Shown here piece after piece: positions 47,756 through 59,515 of a stretch of 64,000 nucleotides of DNA (position 1 is its first letter; each line of letters begins with the position of its first letter). Where the stretch lies: the NCBI GenBank assembly GCA_049432165.1, contig JBMTDQ010000004.1:1401-65400 (forward strand), written 5' to 3'. This DNA is from Ilumatobacteraceae bacterium. GTDB taxonomy: Bacteria; Actinomycetota; Acidimicrobiia; Acidimicrobiales; Ilumatobacteraceae. A model generated the notes under the pieces. It did no database searches and was not told the DNA's origin. It worked only from the letters and a program-made list of their open reading frames with translations. The translations under genes and the position numbers were made by a program.

Positions 47756-48529
47756 ATGGCCGACAGCAACAATTCATCTCCAGCAATTCTCCCGGGCGCG
47801 GAGCCGCTCTCTCACACCGCAGGGTCGACAACCGGGGTGCTTGTTCTGCATGGATTCACCGGCAACCCGTCATCGGTGAGAATCCTCGCTGAGGCTTCGG
47901 TAGCACACGGATTTGATGTCGAGATGCCCCGATTGCCAGGACATGGCACAACCGTCGAAGACATGATGACCACCGGTTGGGACGACTGGTTTGGCGCAGC
48001 GCTGCAGTCATTTGATGCCCTCGCAGCACGATGCGAACGGGTGGTGGTAGCGGGACTGTCGATGGGTGGACTGTTGACCCTTGCTATCGGCGGTGCTCGT
48101 CCGGCAGCAGGTCTCATCTGTGTGAACCCGGTTGCACGAATGAGGTCTCCCGAAGAGGTTGAAATGGTTGAGGAACTCATCGAGGACGGAATGACGATTC
48201 TCCCCGGCATTGGCTCAGACATCGCCGACCCTGATGTCATCGAGACTGCTTACGAAGGCACACCCCTCGTGCCGCTTCGATCAATGTTCTTCGAAGGGGT
48301 TCGTCCTCGCTGTGAAAACTGGGGAGACCTCACAGCTCCGTTGCTTCTCTTCACCTCAGAACAGGACCATGTGGTAGATCCGGCCGATAGCGCACATCTT
48401 GCGTCAACCTACGGTGGGCCAGTCGATCATGTGTGGTTAACGAAGTCGTTTCACGTTGCAACACAGGACTATGACAAAGAACTGATCGTCGAGCGTTCAC
48501 TTGCATTCCTCTCGCAACTGACTGACTGA
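47756..48529 (+). CDS. alpha/beta hydrolase (carboxylesterase/monoacylglycerol-lipase-like)
   Basis: The ATG at 47756 gives 257 aa. LVLHGFTGNP oxyanion region, nucleophile elbow GLSMGG, and D...H later in the sequence. Confidence 0.8.
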   Translation: MADSNNSSPAILPGAEPLSHTAGSTTGVLVLHGFTGNPSSVRILAEASVAHGFDVEMPRLPGHGTTVEDMMTTGWDDWFGAALQSFDALAARCERVVVAGLSMGGLLTLAIGGARPAAGLICVNPVARMRSPEEVEMVEELIEDGMTILPGIGSDIADPDVIETAYEGTPLVPLRSMFFEGVRPRCENWGDLTAPLLLFTSEQDHVVDPADSAHLASTYGGPVDHVWLTKSFHVATQDYDKELIVERSLAFLSQLTD

Positions 48530-48539
48530 CCTGCGACCG

Positions 48540-49382
48540 GTGAGCACTCTCGCAGCAATCCCCTCACCTCCGTGGTCGAGCCTGTCGCTCGGACCGCTCG
48601 AACTTCGTGCCTACGGATTGCTGATCGCCATCGGTGTGATTTTGGCGGTCCGTCGACTCGGTATTGGTATCGACCAACTCCGGCCCGGTACCGCCGAAGC
48701 CGCTCCATCGATTGGTATCTGGGGGGTTGGTGCGGGTTTGGTCGGCGCTCGTTTGTACCACGTTGTTACCGAGTGGGATCGCTTCGCGGACAACCTGAGT
48801 GAGATACCAAAGGTGTGGCATGGAGGGTTAGGTATTCCTGGAGGAGTGCTCCTCGGCACTGTTGTCGGCGTCCTTCGCGCACGCTCGTTTGGAATATCTA
48901 CGGCCGATACGTTGCATGCAGCCGCTCCAGCAATTCCGCTCGCTCAAGCTGTCGGCCGATGGGGAAATTGGTTCAATCAAGAACTGTTTGGGCGGCCAAC
49001 GTCATTGCCGTGGGCCTTGCAGATTGATGATGCTCACCTGCCTGCTTCTTTCGAGTCTGGCACGACCTTCCACCCGACCTTTCTCTACGAGAGCCTGTGG
49101 ACCCTTGGGCTCAGTATGTGCCTTATGCGTCTCAGCGGGTCACCTCGGCTCGTTGGCTCGAGGCTCTTCGCTCTGTATGTCGCTGGTTACGGGCTTGGTC
49201 GTCTCTGGATCGAAGGGCTCCGCATTGATGATGCATCGGTACTTGGGGGTCTCCGCTGGAATCAATGGGTCGCGATCGCTGCGATTTTCGGGGGTGGTGT
49301 GTTCCTGCTACTGACGTCCTCGTCTCGCACAACTCTCGAAGAACTCGATGTTCAACAGACCTCAGAGAATGACGACCGGTAG
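48540..49382 (+). CDS. lgt: prolipoprotein diacylglyceryl transferase
   Basis: GARLYHV, HGGLGIPGG, GRWGNWFNQELFG, HPTFLYESLW. Confidence 0.92.
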   Translation: MSTLAAIPSPPWSSLSLGPLELRAYGLLIAIGVILAVRRLGIGIDQLRPGTAEAAPSIGIWGVGAGLVGARLYHVVTEWDRFADNLSEIPKVWHGGLGIPGGVLLGTVVGVLRARSFGISTADTLHAAAPAIPLAQAVGRWGNWFNQELFGRPTSLPWALQIDDAHLPASFESGTTFHPTFLYESLWTLGLSMCLMRLSGSPRLVGSRLFALYVAGYGLGRLWIEGLRIDDASVLGGLRWNQWVAIAAIFGGGVFLLLTSSSRTTLEELDVQQTSENDDR

Positions 49383-49392
49383 CCTCAAGAGT

Positions 49393-49695
49393 GTGTCGGA
49401 ACAATTAGATCGACGAGCGGTTGAGCGGGTGGCGAAACTCGCGCGGCTCGAATTGACGAGCGAAGAACTTGACGAGGCAACGACTCGCCTCGCTGGCATG
49501 TTGGCGCATTTCGCCGATATCGATGCGCTCAATCTCGAAGATGTTGAGCCGATGACCCAGCCGTATGAACTCGTGAATGTGATGCGCGACGATGTTCCGC
49601 TCGAGACCCTTGACCACGATGAGGTGCTTGCGGCCGCCCCAGATGCATCTGATGGCCGATTTGGTGTCCCACCGATCCTGGGGCTTGAACTGTGA
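49393..49695 (+). CDS. gatC: Asp-tRNA(Asn)/Glu-tRNA(Gln) amidotransferase subunit C
   Basis: GTG 49393 gives a 100-aa product starting VSEQLDRRAVERVAKLARLELTSEE. Alternative ATG starts at 49369 and 49348 would overlap lgt. Confidence 0.85.
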   Translation: MSEQLDRRAVERVAKLARLELTSEELDEATTRLAGMLAHFADIDALNLEDVEPMTQPYELVNVMRDDVPLETLDHDEVLAAAPDASDGRFGVPPILGLEL

Positions 49696-51131
49696 GCGGG
49701 TTTCAGAGCGCGCGGTCGATAGCTGAAGCTGTCTCATCAGGGGCATCGTCTGCTGTTGACGTTCTCACAGAGCACCTTGCTCGCATCGATGAACGCGAGG
49801 CAGAAGTACATGCCTTTAACCTCGTACTCCGCGAGGAGGCCCTGCAAGCAGCGCAGCAGATTGATGATCGGATCGTTGCTGGCGAAGTAGTCGGTCCTCT
49901 GGCTGGAGTTCCAATTGCACTGAAGGACAATCTCTGTACCCGAGGCATACCGACCACCTGTTCCTCCAAGATTCTCGACGGTTGGCGGCCGCCATACGAC
50001 GCGACGGTCGTGTCTCGACTGGCGAACTCGGGAGCGGTGTTTGTTGGCAAGACAAACCTTGATGAATTCGCAATGGGCTCAAGCCCCGAGAACTCCGCAT
50101 TTGGTCCGACGCGTAACCCTCTTGACACGAGTCGGGTGCCCGGTGGGTCGTCAGGCGGATCAGCAGCTGCAGTTGCCGCCGGATTCGCGGCGATGTCACT
50201 TGGGTCTGATACCGGTGGATCGATTCGCCAGCCAGCGGCACTTTGCGGCCTGGTGGGGGTCAAGCCCACCTATGGGGCAGTGAGTCGCCTGGGCCTGATT
50301 GCCTTTGCATCGAGCCTTGATCAAATTGGGCCGTTTACACATGACGTCGCTGATGCGGCATTGTTACTTGAAAGCATCGCGGGACATGATCCCGGTGATT
50401 CGACGTCGATCCCGCAGGCGTTTCCGTCGCTGAGTGAATCGCTCACTCGAGGTGTTGACGGAATGCGTATCGGCCGAATTGTTGACCTACCGGCTGGAGC
50501 TGATGCAGAAGTCGTTGCATCAGTCGATCGAGCGTTCGAGGTGCTTGCGAGTGCGGGCGCAGAAATTGTTGATGTTTCGATCCCCGCGTTTACCTATGGA
50601 TTAACGGCGTACTACCTCATTGCTCCAGCCGAGGCGTCATCAAATCTTGCTCGCTATGACGGCGTTCGGTTTGGCTCGCGAGTCGAGGCACCCGATACGA
50701 ACTCGATGTACATGGCAACAAGAGGTCAAGGGTTTGGCCCCGAGGTGAAGCGCCGCATCATGCTTGGCACCTATGCTCTTTCCGCTGGCTACTACGACGC
50801 CTACTACGGAAAAGCGTTGAAGGTTCGCCGCTTGATGGCTGAGGACTTTGCGAAGGTGTACCAGTCGGTTGATGCATTGATTACTCCTGCCTCGCCGAGT
50901 GTTGCGTTCCCCTTTGGCTCAAAGACCTCGGACCCGCTTGCGATGTATCTCTGCGATACGTACACGATTCCATCGAACCTCATTGGGCATCCTGCGATGA
51001 GTGTGCCGTTCGGTTCTGGTGAACAGGATCTGCCGATCGGTGTGCAGGTGCTCGCTCCAGAGATGGGCGAACCGACGATGTTTGCAGTTGCTGCAGAGCT
51101 CGAACGAGCAGCAGGGGGTGCTCATGTCTGA
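49692..51131 (+). CDS. gatA: Asp-tRNA(Asn)/Glu-tRNA(Gln) amidotransferase subunit A
   Basis: Amidase signature GGSSGGSAAAVAAG and KDN...T. GTGA overlap with gatC. Confidence 0.96.
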   Translation: MSGFQSARSIAEAVSSGASSAVDVLTEHLARIDEREAEVHAFNLVLREEALQAAQQIDDRIVAGEVVGPLAGVPIALKDNLCTRGIPTTCSSKILDGWRPPYDATVVSRLANSGAVFVGKTNLDEFAMGSSPENSAFGPTRNPLDTSRVPGGSSGGSAAAVAAGFAAMSLGSDTGGSIRQPAALCGLVGVKPTYGAVSRLGLIAFASSLDQIGPFTHDVADAALLLESIAGHDPGDSTSIPQAFPSLSESLTRGVDGMRIGRIVDLPAGADAEVVASVDRAFEVLASAGAEIVDVSIPAFTYGLTAYYLIAPAEASSNLARYDGVRFGSRVEAPDTNSMYMATRGQGFGPEVKRRIMLGTYALSAGYYDAYYGKALKVRRLMAEDFAKVYQSVDALITPASPSVAFPFGSKTSDPLAMYLCDTYTIPSNLIGHPAMSVPFGSGEQDLPIGVQVLAPEMGEPTMFAVAAELERAAGGAHV

Positions 51132-52563
51132 TGCAGGTACCTGGACCCACGATGGGTTCGAGATGGTGGTTGGACTCGAAGTCCACGTTGAACTTGCGAC
51201 CAACACAAAACTCTTCTCCGGTGCCCCGAACCGGTTTGGTGATGACCCGAACACGAATATCGATCCTGTGTCACTCGGTTTACCAGGGGCGCTTCCGGTG
51301 CTTAACCGGCAGGCCGTCGAATTGGCGATGCGCATTGGGCTTGCCCTCAATTGCACTGTTCAGTCGTGCACATTTGCTCGAAAGAACTACTTCTATCCAG
51401 ATATGCCGAAGGCGTATCAGATCTCGCAATACGACCGTCCACTGAACATTGATGGTCACCTTGAGATTGCCGATGGCGTCGTGATTGGCGTTGAGCGGGC
51501 ACACCTTGAGGAGGACACCGGAAAGAGCACTCACATCGGTGGTTCGGGCCGCATCCACGGCAGTGAAGGGTCGTTGATTGACTTCAACCGCGCCGGTGTC
51601 CCACTCGTTGAAATCGTGAGCCGTCCCGATATCCGATCACCAGAGCAGGCCCGACAGTATGTGAATGAACTTCGGGCGATTCTCGTCGAGATCGGTGCCT
51701 CCGATGCCCGTATGGAAGAGGGTTCAATGCGCGTCGATGCGAATGTGAGCGTTCGACGGCCTGGCGAAGAGTTCGGCACGCGATGTGAAATCAAGAATGT
51801 CAACTCTGTTCGTTCGCTCGGACGTGCGATCGATTACGAGGCGCGCCGTCAGGTCGCGATGATTTCTGATGGCGAGGCGATTCGTCAAGAAACCCGGCAC
51901 TGGGATGAAGGCGATGGTCGCACTCACACCCTTCGCACAAAGGAAGATGCTGACGACTACAGGTATTTCCCTGATCCTGACCTCGTGCCACTCGATCCGG
52001 GTACTGAATGGATTGAGTCGGTGCGGGCGAATTTGCCGATGTTGCCGGCTGCCAGAAGGATTCGGCTTGCAGAGTTGACTGGACAATCAGCCGATGCTGA
52101 GGCGATCGCAACCATTGTCGAGCGCCGCCAAGATGACTATGTCGTCGCCGTTGCCGAAATTGCGGGAGCAGCGGATCGCGTTCTCATCCATGTCAAAGAA
52201 GCTTTTTCGGAGCAAGGTAGTGAGCCCACCGTGCCGGCCGCTGACCTCGCGGCATTGGTTGTGATGGAAGTTGCGGGTGAGCTCACTTCGACCCAGACCA
52301 AGACTTTGCTGAGCGATCTCGTCGAGCAAGGTGGTGGCGACCCGGCAGCGATGGCAGCCGAACGAGGTTTTGAGGCAATGGATACCTCCGAACTTGACGG
52401 TTTTGTTGATGCTGCGATTGCTGCAGATCCTGATGCCTGGTCGAAGTTTTGCGCCGGTGATGGCAAGGCAATGGGTGCACTCGTGGGTCATGTCATGAAG
52501 GCATCACGTGGTCAGGCCGATGGGAAAGCTGTGACTGCGATGCTGAACGCCCGAAAGGGCTGA
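51124..52563 (+). CDS. gatB: Asp-tRNA(Asn)/Glu-tRNA(Gln) amidotransferase subunit B
   Basis: The ATG at 51124 gives ...FEMVVGLEVHVEL. Other motifs are YFYPDMPK and LEEDTGK. 8-nt overlap with gatA. Confidence 0.96.
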   Translation: MSDAGTWTHDGFEMVVGLEVHVELATNTKLFSGAPNRFGDDPNTNIDPVSLGLPGALPVLNRQAVELAMRIGLALNCTVQSCTFARKNYFYPDMPKAYQISQYDRPLNIDGHLEIADGVVIGVERAHLEEDTGKSTHIGGSGRIHGSEGSLIDFNRAGVPLVEIVSRPDIRSPEQARQYVNELRAILVEIGASDARMEEGSMRVDANVSVRRPGEEFGTRCEIKNVNSVRSLGRAIDYEARRQVAMISDGEAIRQETRHWDEGDGRTHTLRTKEDADDYRYFPDPDLVPLDPGTEWIESVRANLPMLPAARRIRLAELTGQSADAEAIATIVERRQDDYVVAVAEIAGAADRVLIHVKEAFSEQGSEPTVPAADLAALVVMEVAGELTSTQTKTLLSDLVEQGGGDPAAMAAERGFEAMDTSELDGFVDAAIAADPDAWSKFCAGDGKAMGALVGHVMKASRGQADGKAVTAMLNARKG

Positions 52564-52610
52564 GCACTCCGAACGATGGCGCTAGAGGCCTGCAGCATTA
52601 GCGTGTAGGT

Positions 52611-54320
52611 ATGAGCGATCGTCCATCAGAGACTTCTGTAGATATCAAACCGCGTTCTCGTGACGTCACCGACGGCATTCAAAAAGCCGCCGCCCGTGCA
52701 ATGTTGCGTGCAGTTGGTCTGACCGATGACGACTGGCAGAAACCACAGGTTGGCATTGCTTCGTCATGGAACGAGATCACTCCGTGCAACCTCAGCCTCC
52801 GTCGTCTCGCTGAGGCTGCAAAAGATGGCGTCCGGCGATCAGGTGGCATCGGCCTCGAGTTTGGAACCATTACCGTTTCTGACGGCATTTCAATGGGCCA
52901 TGAGGGCATGCGCGCATCGCTCGTCAGCCGAGAGATCATTTGCGACTCGGTTGAGGCAGTCGTGCACGCTGAGCGACTCGATGGAGTCGTTGTGCTTGGT
53001 GGCTGCGATAAGTCGATGCCAGGCATGATGATGTCGATTGCTCGCCTCGATCTCCCAGGAATCTTCGTGTACAACGGATCAACGTTGCCGGGTTACCTCA
53101 ACGGTAAGGCCCTTGATGTCACCAGCGTGTTCGAAGCGATTGGCGCATGTGCAGCTGGCACGATTACTGAGGATGAACTCCATGCGATCGAGTCGAATGC
53201 GTGTCCGGGCGAGGGAGCTTGCGGCGGAATGTTCACTGCAAACACCATGTCATCGATTGGCGAGGCGCTCGGTCTGAGCCTCCCTGGTTCGGCGTCGCCT
53301 CCTGCTGTTGATCGTCGCCGTGAAGATGACGCTCGTCGTGCCGGTGAGGCCGTCATCAACATGTTGAAGATGGGTTTGCGGCCGCATGACATCTTGACGA
53401 AAGGGGCGTTCGAGAACGCGATCACTGTCGCGAACGCTCTTGGCGGTTCAACGAATGCGGTGCTGCACCTGTTGGCAATCGCGAATGAGGCACGGGTCGA
53501 TATTCAACTTTCGGACTTCAACCGGATTGCGGCTCGAGTTCCTCACTTTGCCGATATGAAGCCTGGCGGAAAGTTCCATATGACGGACCTTGACCGAATT
53601 GGTGGGGTGCCAGTTGTGTTGAAGCACCTACTTGAAGAGGGCTTGCTCCACGGCGATGAAATGACGGTGACCGGCAAGACAATGGCCGAAAACCTTGCTG
53701 AAATTGACCCACCGGCACCAGATGGAACCGTCGTATATCCGATCTCTCAACCAATCAACCGAGAGGGCGGTCTCAACATCCTGACCGGATCACTAGCGCC
53801 GTTGGGCTCAGTGGTGAAAGTTGCTGGTTTGACTGAAGACCAACGGACCTTTGAGGGTCCAGCTCGGGTCTTTGATGGTGAAGACGGTGCGATGGCAGCG
53901 GTGATGGGTGGCGAAATCCAGCCAGGAACGGTCATCGTGATTCGCTACGAAGGTCCAAAGGGAGGACCAGGGATGCGTGAGATGCTTGCCATTACCGGTG
54001 CGCTCAAGGGAGTCGGCCGCGGCTCTGATTGTGCGCTGATCACAGATGGTCGATTCTCGGGTGGTACCTGGGGATTCTGTATCGGGCACGTCGCTCCCGA
54101 AGCAGTTGACGGGGGCCCAATCGCGTTTGTCCAAGATGGCGACATCATCCGAATTGATGTCCCAACGCTTGGGCTTGATCTTCTCGTCGATGAGGCAGAA
54201 CTAGCTCGCCGACGTGAGGGTTGGGCACCTAATGAGCCTCGTTATACAACTGGGGTCTTAGGCAAGTACGCCCGTCTTGCGCAAGGTGCTGAAAAGGGTG
54301 CAATTACTAACCCGGTATGA
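52611..54320 (+). CDS. ilvD: dihydroxy-acid dehydratase
   Basis: [37 protein letters not shown]. Confidence 0.96.
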   Translation: MSDRPSETSVDIKPRSRDVTDGIQKAAARAMLRAVGLTDDDWQKPQVGIASSWNEITPCNLSLRRLAEAAKDGVRRSGGIGLEFGTITVSDGISMGHEGMRASLVSREIICDSVEAVVHAERLDGVVVLGGCDKSMPGMMMSIARLDLPGIFVYNGSTLPGYLNGKALDVTSVFEAIGACAAGTITEDELHAIESNACPGEGACGGMFTANTMSSIGEALGLSLPGSASPPAVDRRREDDARRAGEAVINMLKMGLRPHDILTKGAFENAITVANALGGSTNAVLHLLAIANEARVDIQLSDFNRIAARVPHFADMKPGGKFHMTDLDRIGGVPVVLKHLLEEGLLHGDEMTVTGKTMAENLAEIDPPAPDGTVVYPISQPINREGGLNILTGSLAPLGSVVKVAGLTEDQRTFEGPARVFDGEDGAMAAVMGGEIQPGTVIVIRYEGPKGGPGMREMLAITGALKGVGRGSDCALITDGRFSGGTWGFCIGHVAPEAVDGGPIAFVQDGDIIRIDVPTLGLDLLVDEAELARRREGWAPNEPRYTTGVLGKYARLAQGAEKGAITNPV

Positions 54321-54325
54321 CCTGG

Positions 54326-54784
54326 TTATCCCTCAGGAAGGCCCCGGTCAGGCCGTCGTGACCGAGCACGAGCAACTACTCGCCACGCCTGAAAGAACGC
54401 CCCGTTAAAGACCGTTGCCACAACAACGAACGGAACCGCTATACCGCCGCCGAAGATTGTTCGTCGGAGCACCATTCCGAGAATGATCACCGTGGCCCAC
54501 ACGGTGAGCCCAGCGGGCACCGACGCCGGTGACTGCCTCACGTGAGGCAGTGACCACGCAACCAGAGTCGCGATGAGAAATGGGCTGACGGTTGTCAGAT
54601 AACCGATGATTTGCGAACCGCTGTTGTGTTCGTTCCTTCCGATGAGCACGAACGCAGCGATGATCGCAAGGTCAAAGAAGATGAGGGCGCGATCTGAGGT
54701 GTCTTCAGGATGCCGCAAAGGTTCCCAACCCGCCCTTGAAGAACAGCAACGGATCACCAGCACCACCGGCAAGCGATGCGACAT
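54326..54784 (-). CDS. DUF3054-like small membrane protein (start uncertain)
   Basis: Four hydrophobic helices with a GRNEH motif after helix 1. Candidate starts are ATG 54784 and TTG 54718. Both overlap the 3' end of the upstream flavin reductase gene. Confidence 0.55.
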   Translation of the reverse strand: MSHRLPVVLVIRCCSSRAGWEPLRHPEDTSDRALIFFDLAIIAAFVLIGRNEHNSGSQIIGYLTTVSPFLIATLVAWSLPHVRQSPASVPAGLTVWATVIILGMVLRRTIFGGGIAVPFVVVATVFNGAFFQAWRVVARARSRRPDRGLPEG

Positions 54785-55187
54785 CGCCGAGAACGAAGAG
54801 GTGGTCACCCATCTCGAATACCTGGTTAATTGTGCAGTCAATCCACGCAAGTGATCCGTCGATCACTGGTGAGCCGGTTGCTTCGGTGCGCCATGCGAGC
54901 CCGTCGAAACGTGAACCCTCAGCGGGTTTCGCAAATGTCCAGCATTCATCGGCTTGATGATTGCCAAGCACGTTGACACAGAAACTTCCACTCTTTTCGA
55001 TTGCCTGCCACGTCGCGGACTCTTTTCCAGGAAGAAAGCCCACCATCGGGGGATCAAGGGAAACAGATGTAAACGAGCCGATTGTGAGCCCGACGGGCTC
55101 GTCGCCGTCTATCCCGGTGACGACGGTGACACCGGTGGGAAAATGTCCAAGGACGTTACGGAACTCTTTTGGGTCGATAGCGCTCAC
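54705..55187 (-). CDS. flavin reductase family protein (FMN-binding split barrel)
   Basis: 160 aa. [16 protein letters not shown]...[17 protein letters not shown] is the typical flavin-reductase-like domain. GTG start. Confidence 0.85.
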   Translation of the reverse strand: MSAIDPKEFRNVLGHFPTGVTVVTGIDGDEPVGLTIGSFTSVSLDPPMVGFLPGKESATWQAIEKSGSFCVNVLGNHQADECWTFAKPAEGSRFDGLAWRTEATGSPVIDGSLAWIDCTINQVFEMGDHLFVLGDVASLAGGAGDPLLFFKGGLGTFAAS

Positions 55188-55247
55188 CTCTTCGACATTA
55201 GGCGTTTGTTGCGGCGTTCAAAGAGATGTGCAGGGTACGGTGCTGAT

Positions 55248-55709
55248 GTGGCAACGGTGAACGACGCCAAAGCGCAGATTCGATCAGAACTGAGAACGTG
55301 GCGCCGAGGGTTGGGTGACGATGAACTTGTGCGTCGCTCAGATGTCATTTGCCAAGCACTCATCGCACTCGCGATAGAGATCGATCCATCAGTTGTGATG
55401 GTATTTGATCCAGTTCGAGGCGAGCCTCTGCTGAACACGTTCCGAACTTGGTTAACAACGAATGAGATCTCAGTCGTGGTTCCCGAGGACGACCCTGATT
55501 CCCAGCTACCAGACCTTGTTGTTGTACCAGGAGTTGCGTTCACTGCAGATGGTCAACGACTGGGACAGGGTGGGGGCTGGTATGACCGCTTTCTGCCTGG
55601 CATTGGCGACCACACACGAACTGTCGGCGTGTGCTTTTCAGAACAGATCAGAGACGAACTTCCGACAGAGGATCATGATGTGTCCGTCGACTGCGTAATT
55701 TCTGGCTGA
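55248..55709 (+). CDS. 5-formyltetrahydrofolate cyclo-ligase
   Basis: K.QIR..L N-terminal motif, VVPGVAF and the signature [13 protein letters not shown] 55248 or 55257 is the likely start. Confidence 0.8.
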   Translation: MATVNDAKAQIRSELRTWRRGLGDDELVRRSDVICQALIALAIEIDPSVVMVFDPVRGEPLLNTFRTWLTTNEISVVVPEDDPDSQLPDLVVVPGVAFTADGQRLGQGGGWYDRFLPGIGDHTRTVGVCFSEQIRDELPTEDHDVSVDCVISG

Positions 55710-55813
55710 CACCCTGCATTTACAACGGATTTAAGTATCCAATTTGGGTGTGAGACGTTGATGCCGTCGTGCGCATTTGCGTTCTGAGGTGCGGGCTGGC
55801 ACACTATGAGGCG

Positions 55814-55864
55814 ATGAAAAAAGCTCCGCGCGTGTTCCTCGATTTTGTAGTAGGCATCCGGTAG
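55814..55864 (+). CDS. candidate ilvBNC leader peptide [16 protein letters not shown]
   Basis: A 16-codon ORF in the 261-nt ilvB leader. Five of nine consecutive codons are Val/Leu/Ile. Its stop codon abuts a hairpin and it lies upstream of a terminator-like structure. Confidence 0.45.
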   Translation: MKKAPRVFLDFVVGIR

Positions 55865-55892
55865 CGCACCGGGCCTCACACCGCGTGCGCAC

Positions 55893-55926
55893 CGACCTCC
55901 CGCCACCGGGGGGTCGTTCCGTTTTT
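55893..55926 (+). terminator. candidate transcription attenuator (intrinsic terminator) upstream of ilvB
   Basis: A 9-bp GC-rich stem CGACCTCCC/GGGGGGTCG with a 6-nt loop, followed by TTCCGTTTTT, 45 nt before the ilvB ATG. Confidence 0.5.
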
Positions 55927-55970
55927 CACTGCAGACATTTGATGACCACGACGACCGACCAGGAGAACCA

Positions 55971-57734
55971 ATGAGCACAACATCTACACGCATGACTGGG
56001 GCGCAAGCCCTGATCAAGGCGCTCGAGATGGAGCAGGTCGACACGATTTTCGGATTGCCAGGCGGATGTATTTTGCCTGCATACGACCCACTTCTTGAGT
56101 CGACAATCCGTCACGTTCTCGTTCGTCACGAACAAGGCGCAGGCCACATGGCAGAGGGCTATGCCCATGTCACTGGGCGTCCGGGTGTTGCGATGGTGAC
56201 CTCTGGGCCAGCGGCAACAAACCTGGTGACCCCATTGATGGATGCGTACATGGACTCGATTCCGATGGTGGGCATCACCGGCCAGGTCGGCACCTCAGCT
56301 ATTGGCTCTGATGCGTTCCAAGAATGTGACACGGTTGGCATCACCCGTTCATGCACAAAGCACAACGAGCTCGTGATGACGGCGGATGATCTTCCTCTCG
56401 CCGTCCGGCAAGCATTTCACCTCGCAACGACCGGCCGCCCGGGACCAGTGTTGCTCGACATTCCAAAGGATGTCCTGCAGAACGAAATGACCTGGCACTG
56501 GCCAACCGATGACGAAGTGGTTGACTCGCTGCCGGGTTATCGCCCAACGATGAAGGGTCATCCCTTGATGATCAAAGAGGCAGCTCGCATGATTCTTGCT
56601 GCTGAGCGTCCCGTGCTGTACGTCGGGGGCGGAATGTTGAAGGCCCGTGCAGCGGAGATTCTGCGGGAACTTGCTGAATTGACCGGCATCAACGTCGTGA
56701 CAACTCTGATGGCGCGAGGGGTCTTCCCAGACGACCATGAACTCTGCCTGGGAATGCCTGGCATGCACGGAACCATCGCAGCGACAACGGCAATGCAGCG
56801 CTCTGATCTCCTGATCACGTTGGGGGCACGTTTCGATGACCGTATTACTGGTCGTCTCGATGGATTCGCTCCGGACGCCAAGATTATTCACGTTGATATT
56901 GACCCCGCGGAGCAAGGCAAGGTCCGTCGACCAGATGTCTCAATCGTGGGTGATTGTCGTCTCGTGACAGAAGAACTTGTTCAGGCGATTCGTGATCTCA
57001 CGGCCTCGGGAGTTAAGCCGACCGATATCTCCCCTTGGAAGTCACGAATCTCGGGGTGGCAGGAAATCTTCCCGCTCACCTATGACGACGCAGCCCCCGG
57101 TGCGGCCTTGAAGCCGCAGTACTGCCTTGAAGAACTTCGCGCAGCATCAACCGATGACACGATTTTGGTATCTGGTGTTGGCCAGCATCAGATGTGGGCA
57201 TCGCTCCACTGGAAGTTCAACAAGCCGTATTCATGGGTCAACTCCGGTGGATTGGGAACAATGGGTTTCTCAATTCCTGCCGCGATCGGAGCGAAGGCCG
57301 GCCGTCCAGATGCAACGGTCTGGGCTGTCGACGGTGATGGTTGTTTCCAGATGACCGCCCAAGAACTTGTTACTGCAACCGTTGAGCGAATTCCCATCAA
57401 GGTTGCCCTGTTGAACAACTCGTATCTCGGCATGGTCCGTCAGTGGCAGGAGATGTTCTATGACGAGCGTTACTCGGAGGTGTACCTCTCGACTGACACA
57501 CCTGACTACGTGAAGTGGGCGGAGTCGATGGGTTGTGTTGGAATCAGGGTCGAAAGTCCAGAAGAGGTCGGTCCTGCGATCGAGAAAGCAAACTCGATTA
57601 ACGATCGTTCGGTCGTGGTTGAATTCCGTACCGACGCTGACGAGAAGGTGTTCCCGATGGTCCCTGCTGGCGTGAGCAACGATGAAGTGCTTGTCCACCC
57701 ATCACAAGAGCAGTACCGGGCACAGCTTGGCTGA
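55971..57734 (+). CDS. ilvB: acetolactate synthase large subunit
   Basis: ThDP-enzyme motifs [18 protein letters not shown] and [15 protein letters not shown]...DGDGCFQM. Confidence 0.96.
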   Translation: MSTTSTRMTGAQALIKALEMEQVDTIFGLPGGCILPAYDPLLESTIRHVLVRHEQGAGHMAEGYAHVTGRPGVAMVTSGPAATNLVTPLMDAYMDSIPMVGITGQVGTSAIGSDAFQECDTVGITRSCTKHNELVMTADDLPLAVRQAFHLATTGRPGPVLLDIPKDVLQNEMTWHWPTDDEVVDSLPGYRPTMKGHPLMIKEAARMILAAERPVLYVGGGMLKARAAEILRELAELTGINVVTTLMARGVFPDDHELCLGMPGMHGTIAATTAMQRSDLLITLGARFDDRITGRLDGFAPDAKIIHVDIDPAEQGKVRRPDVSIVGDCRLVTEELVQAIRDLTASGVKPTDISPWKSRISGWQEIFPLTYDDAAPGAALKPQYCLEELRAASTDDTILVSGVGQHQMWASLHWKFNKPYSWVNSGGLGTMGFSIPAAIGAKAGRPDATVWAVDGDGCFQMTAQELVTATVERIPIKVALLNNSYLGMVRQWQEMFYDERYSEVYLSTDTPDYVKWAESMGCVGIRVESPEEVGPAIEKANSINDRSVVVEFRTDADEKVFPMVPAGVSNDEVLVHPSQEQYRAQLG

Positions 57735-57763
57735 GCAGAGCGAAGAGAACTGGAGAACTCGAT

Positions 57764-59360
<1,597 letters not shown>

Positions 59361-59445
59361 GCAGTTTGCTCGCATTCGTCGTTGTGCATCCTTGAGTGTT
59401 GCACGACCACATCTTGTTGAACAGCCCCGCCGAACGGCCCGCCTG

Positions 59446-59475
59446 TTTACATTCCCAGGCCATATTCTAAATATG
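59446..59475 (+). promoter_or_regulatory. candidate sigma-70-type promoter of metY (TTTACA-16 nt-TAAATA) overlapped by the 15-bp palindrome CATATT-cta-AATATG
   Basis: Read directly from the sequence. The hexamers and spacing are close to consensus. The palindrome (59461-59475) covers the -10 element. Confidence 0.3.
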
Positions 59476-59515
59476 ACCTTGCAAGTCGGGTTTTAACGGC
59501 GTAGTCTCTCCCACC

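Noticed and set aside
59361-59515. Possible SAM-IV or SAM-I riboswitch upstream of metY.
   Set aside because: I could not find the conserved P1 pairing, the GCCCCGG/CCGGC core or the pseudoknot elements I remember from SAM-IV. The region is better explained by a promoter plus palindrome. A cmsearch would be decisive.
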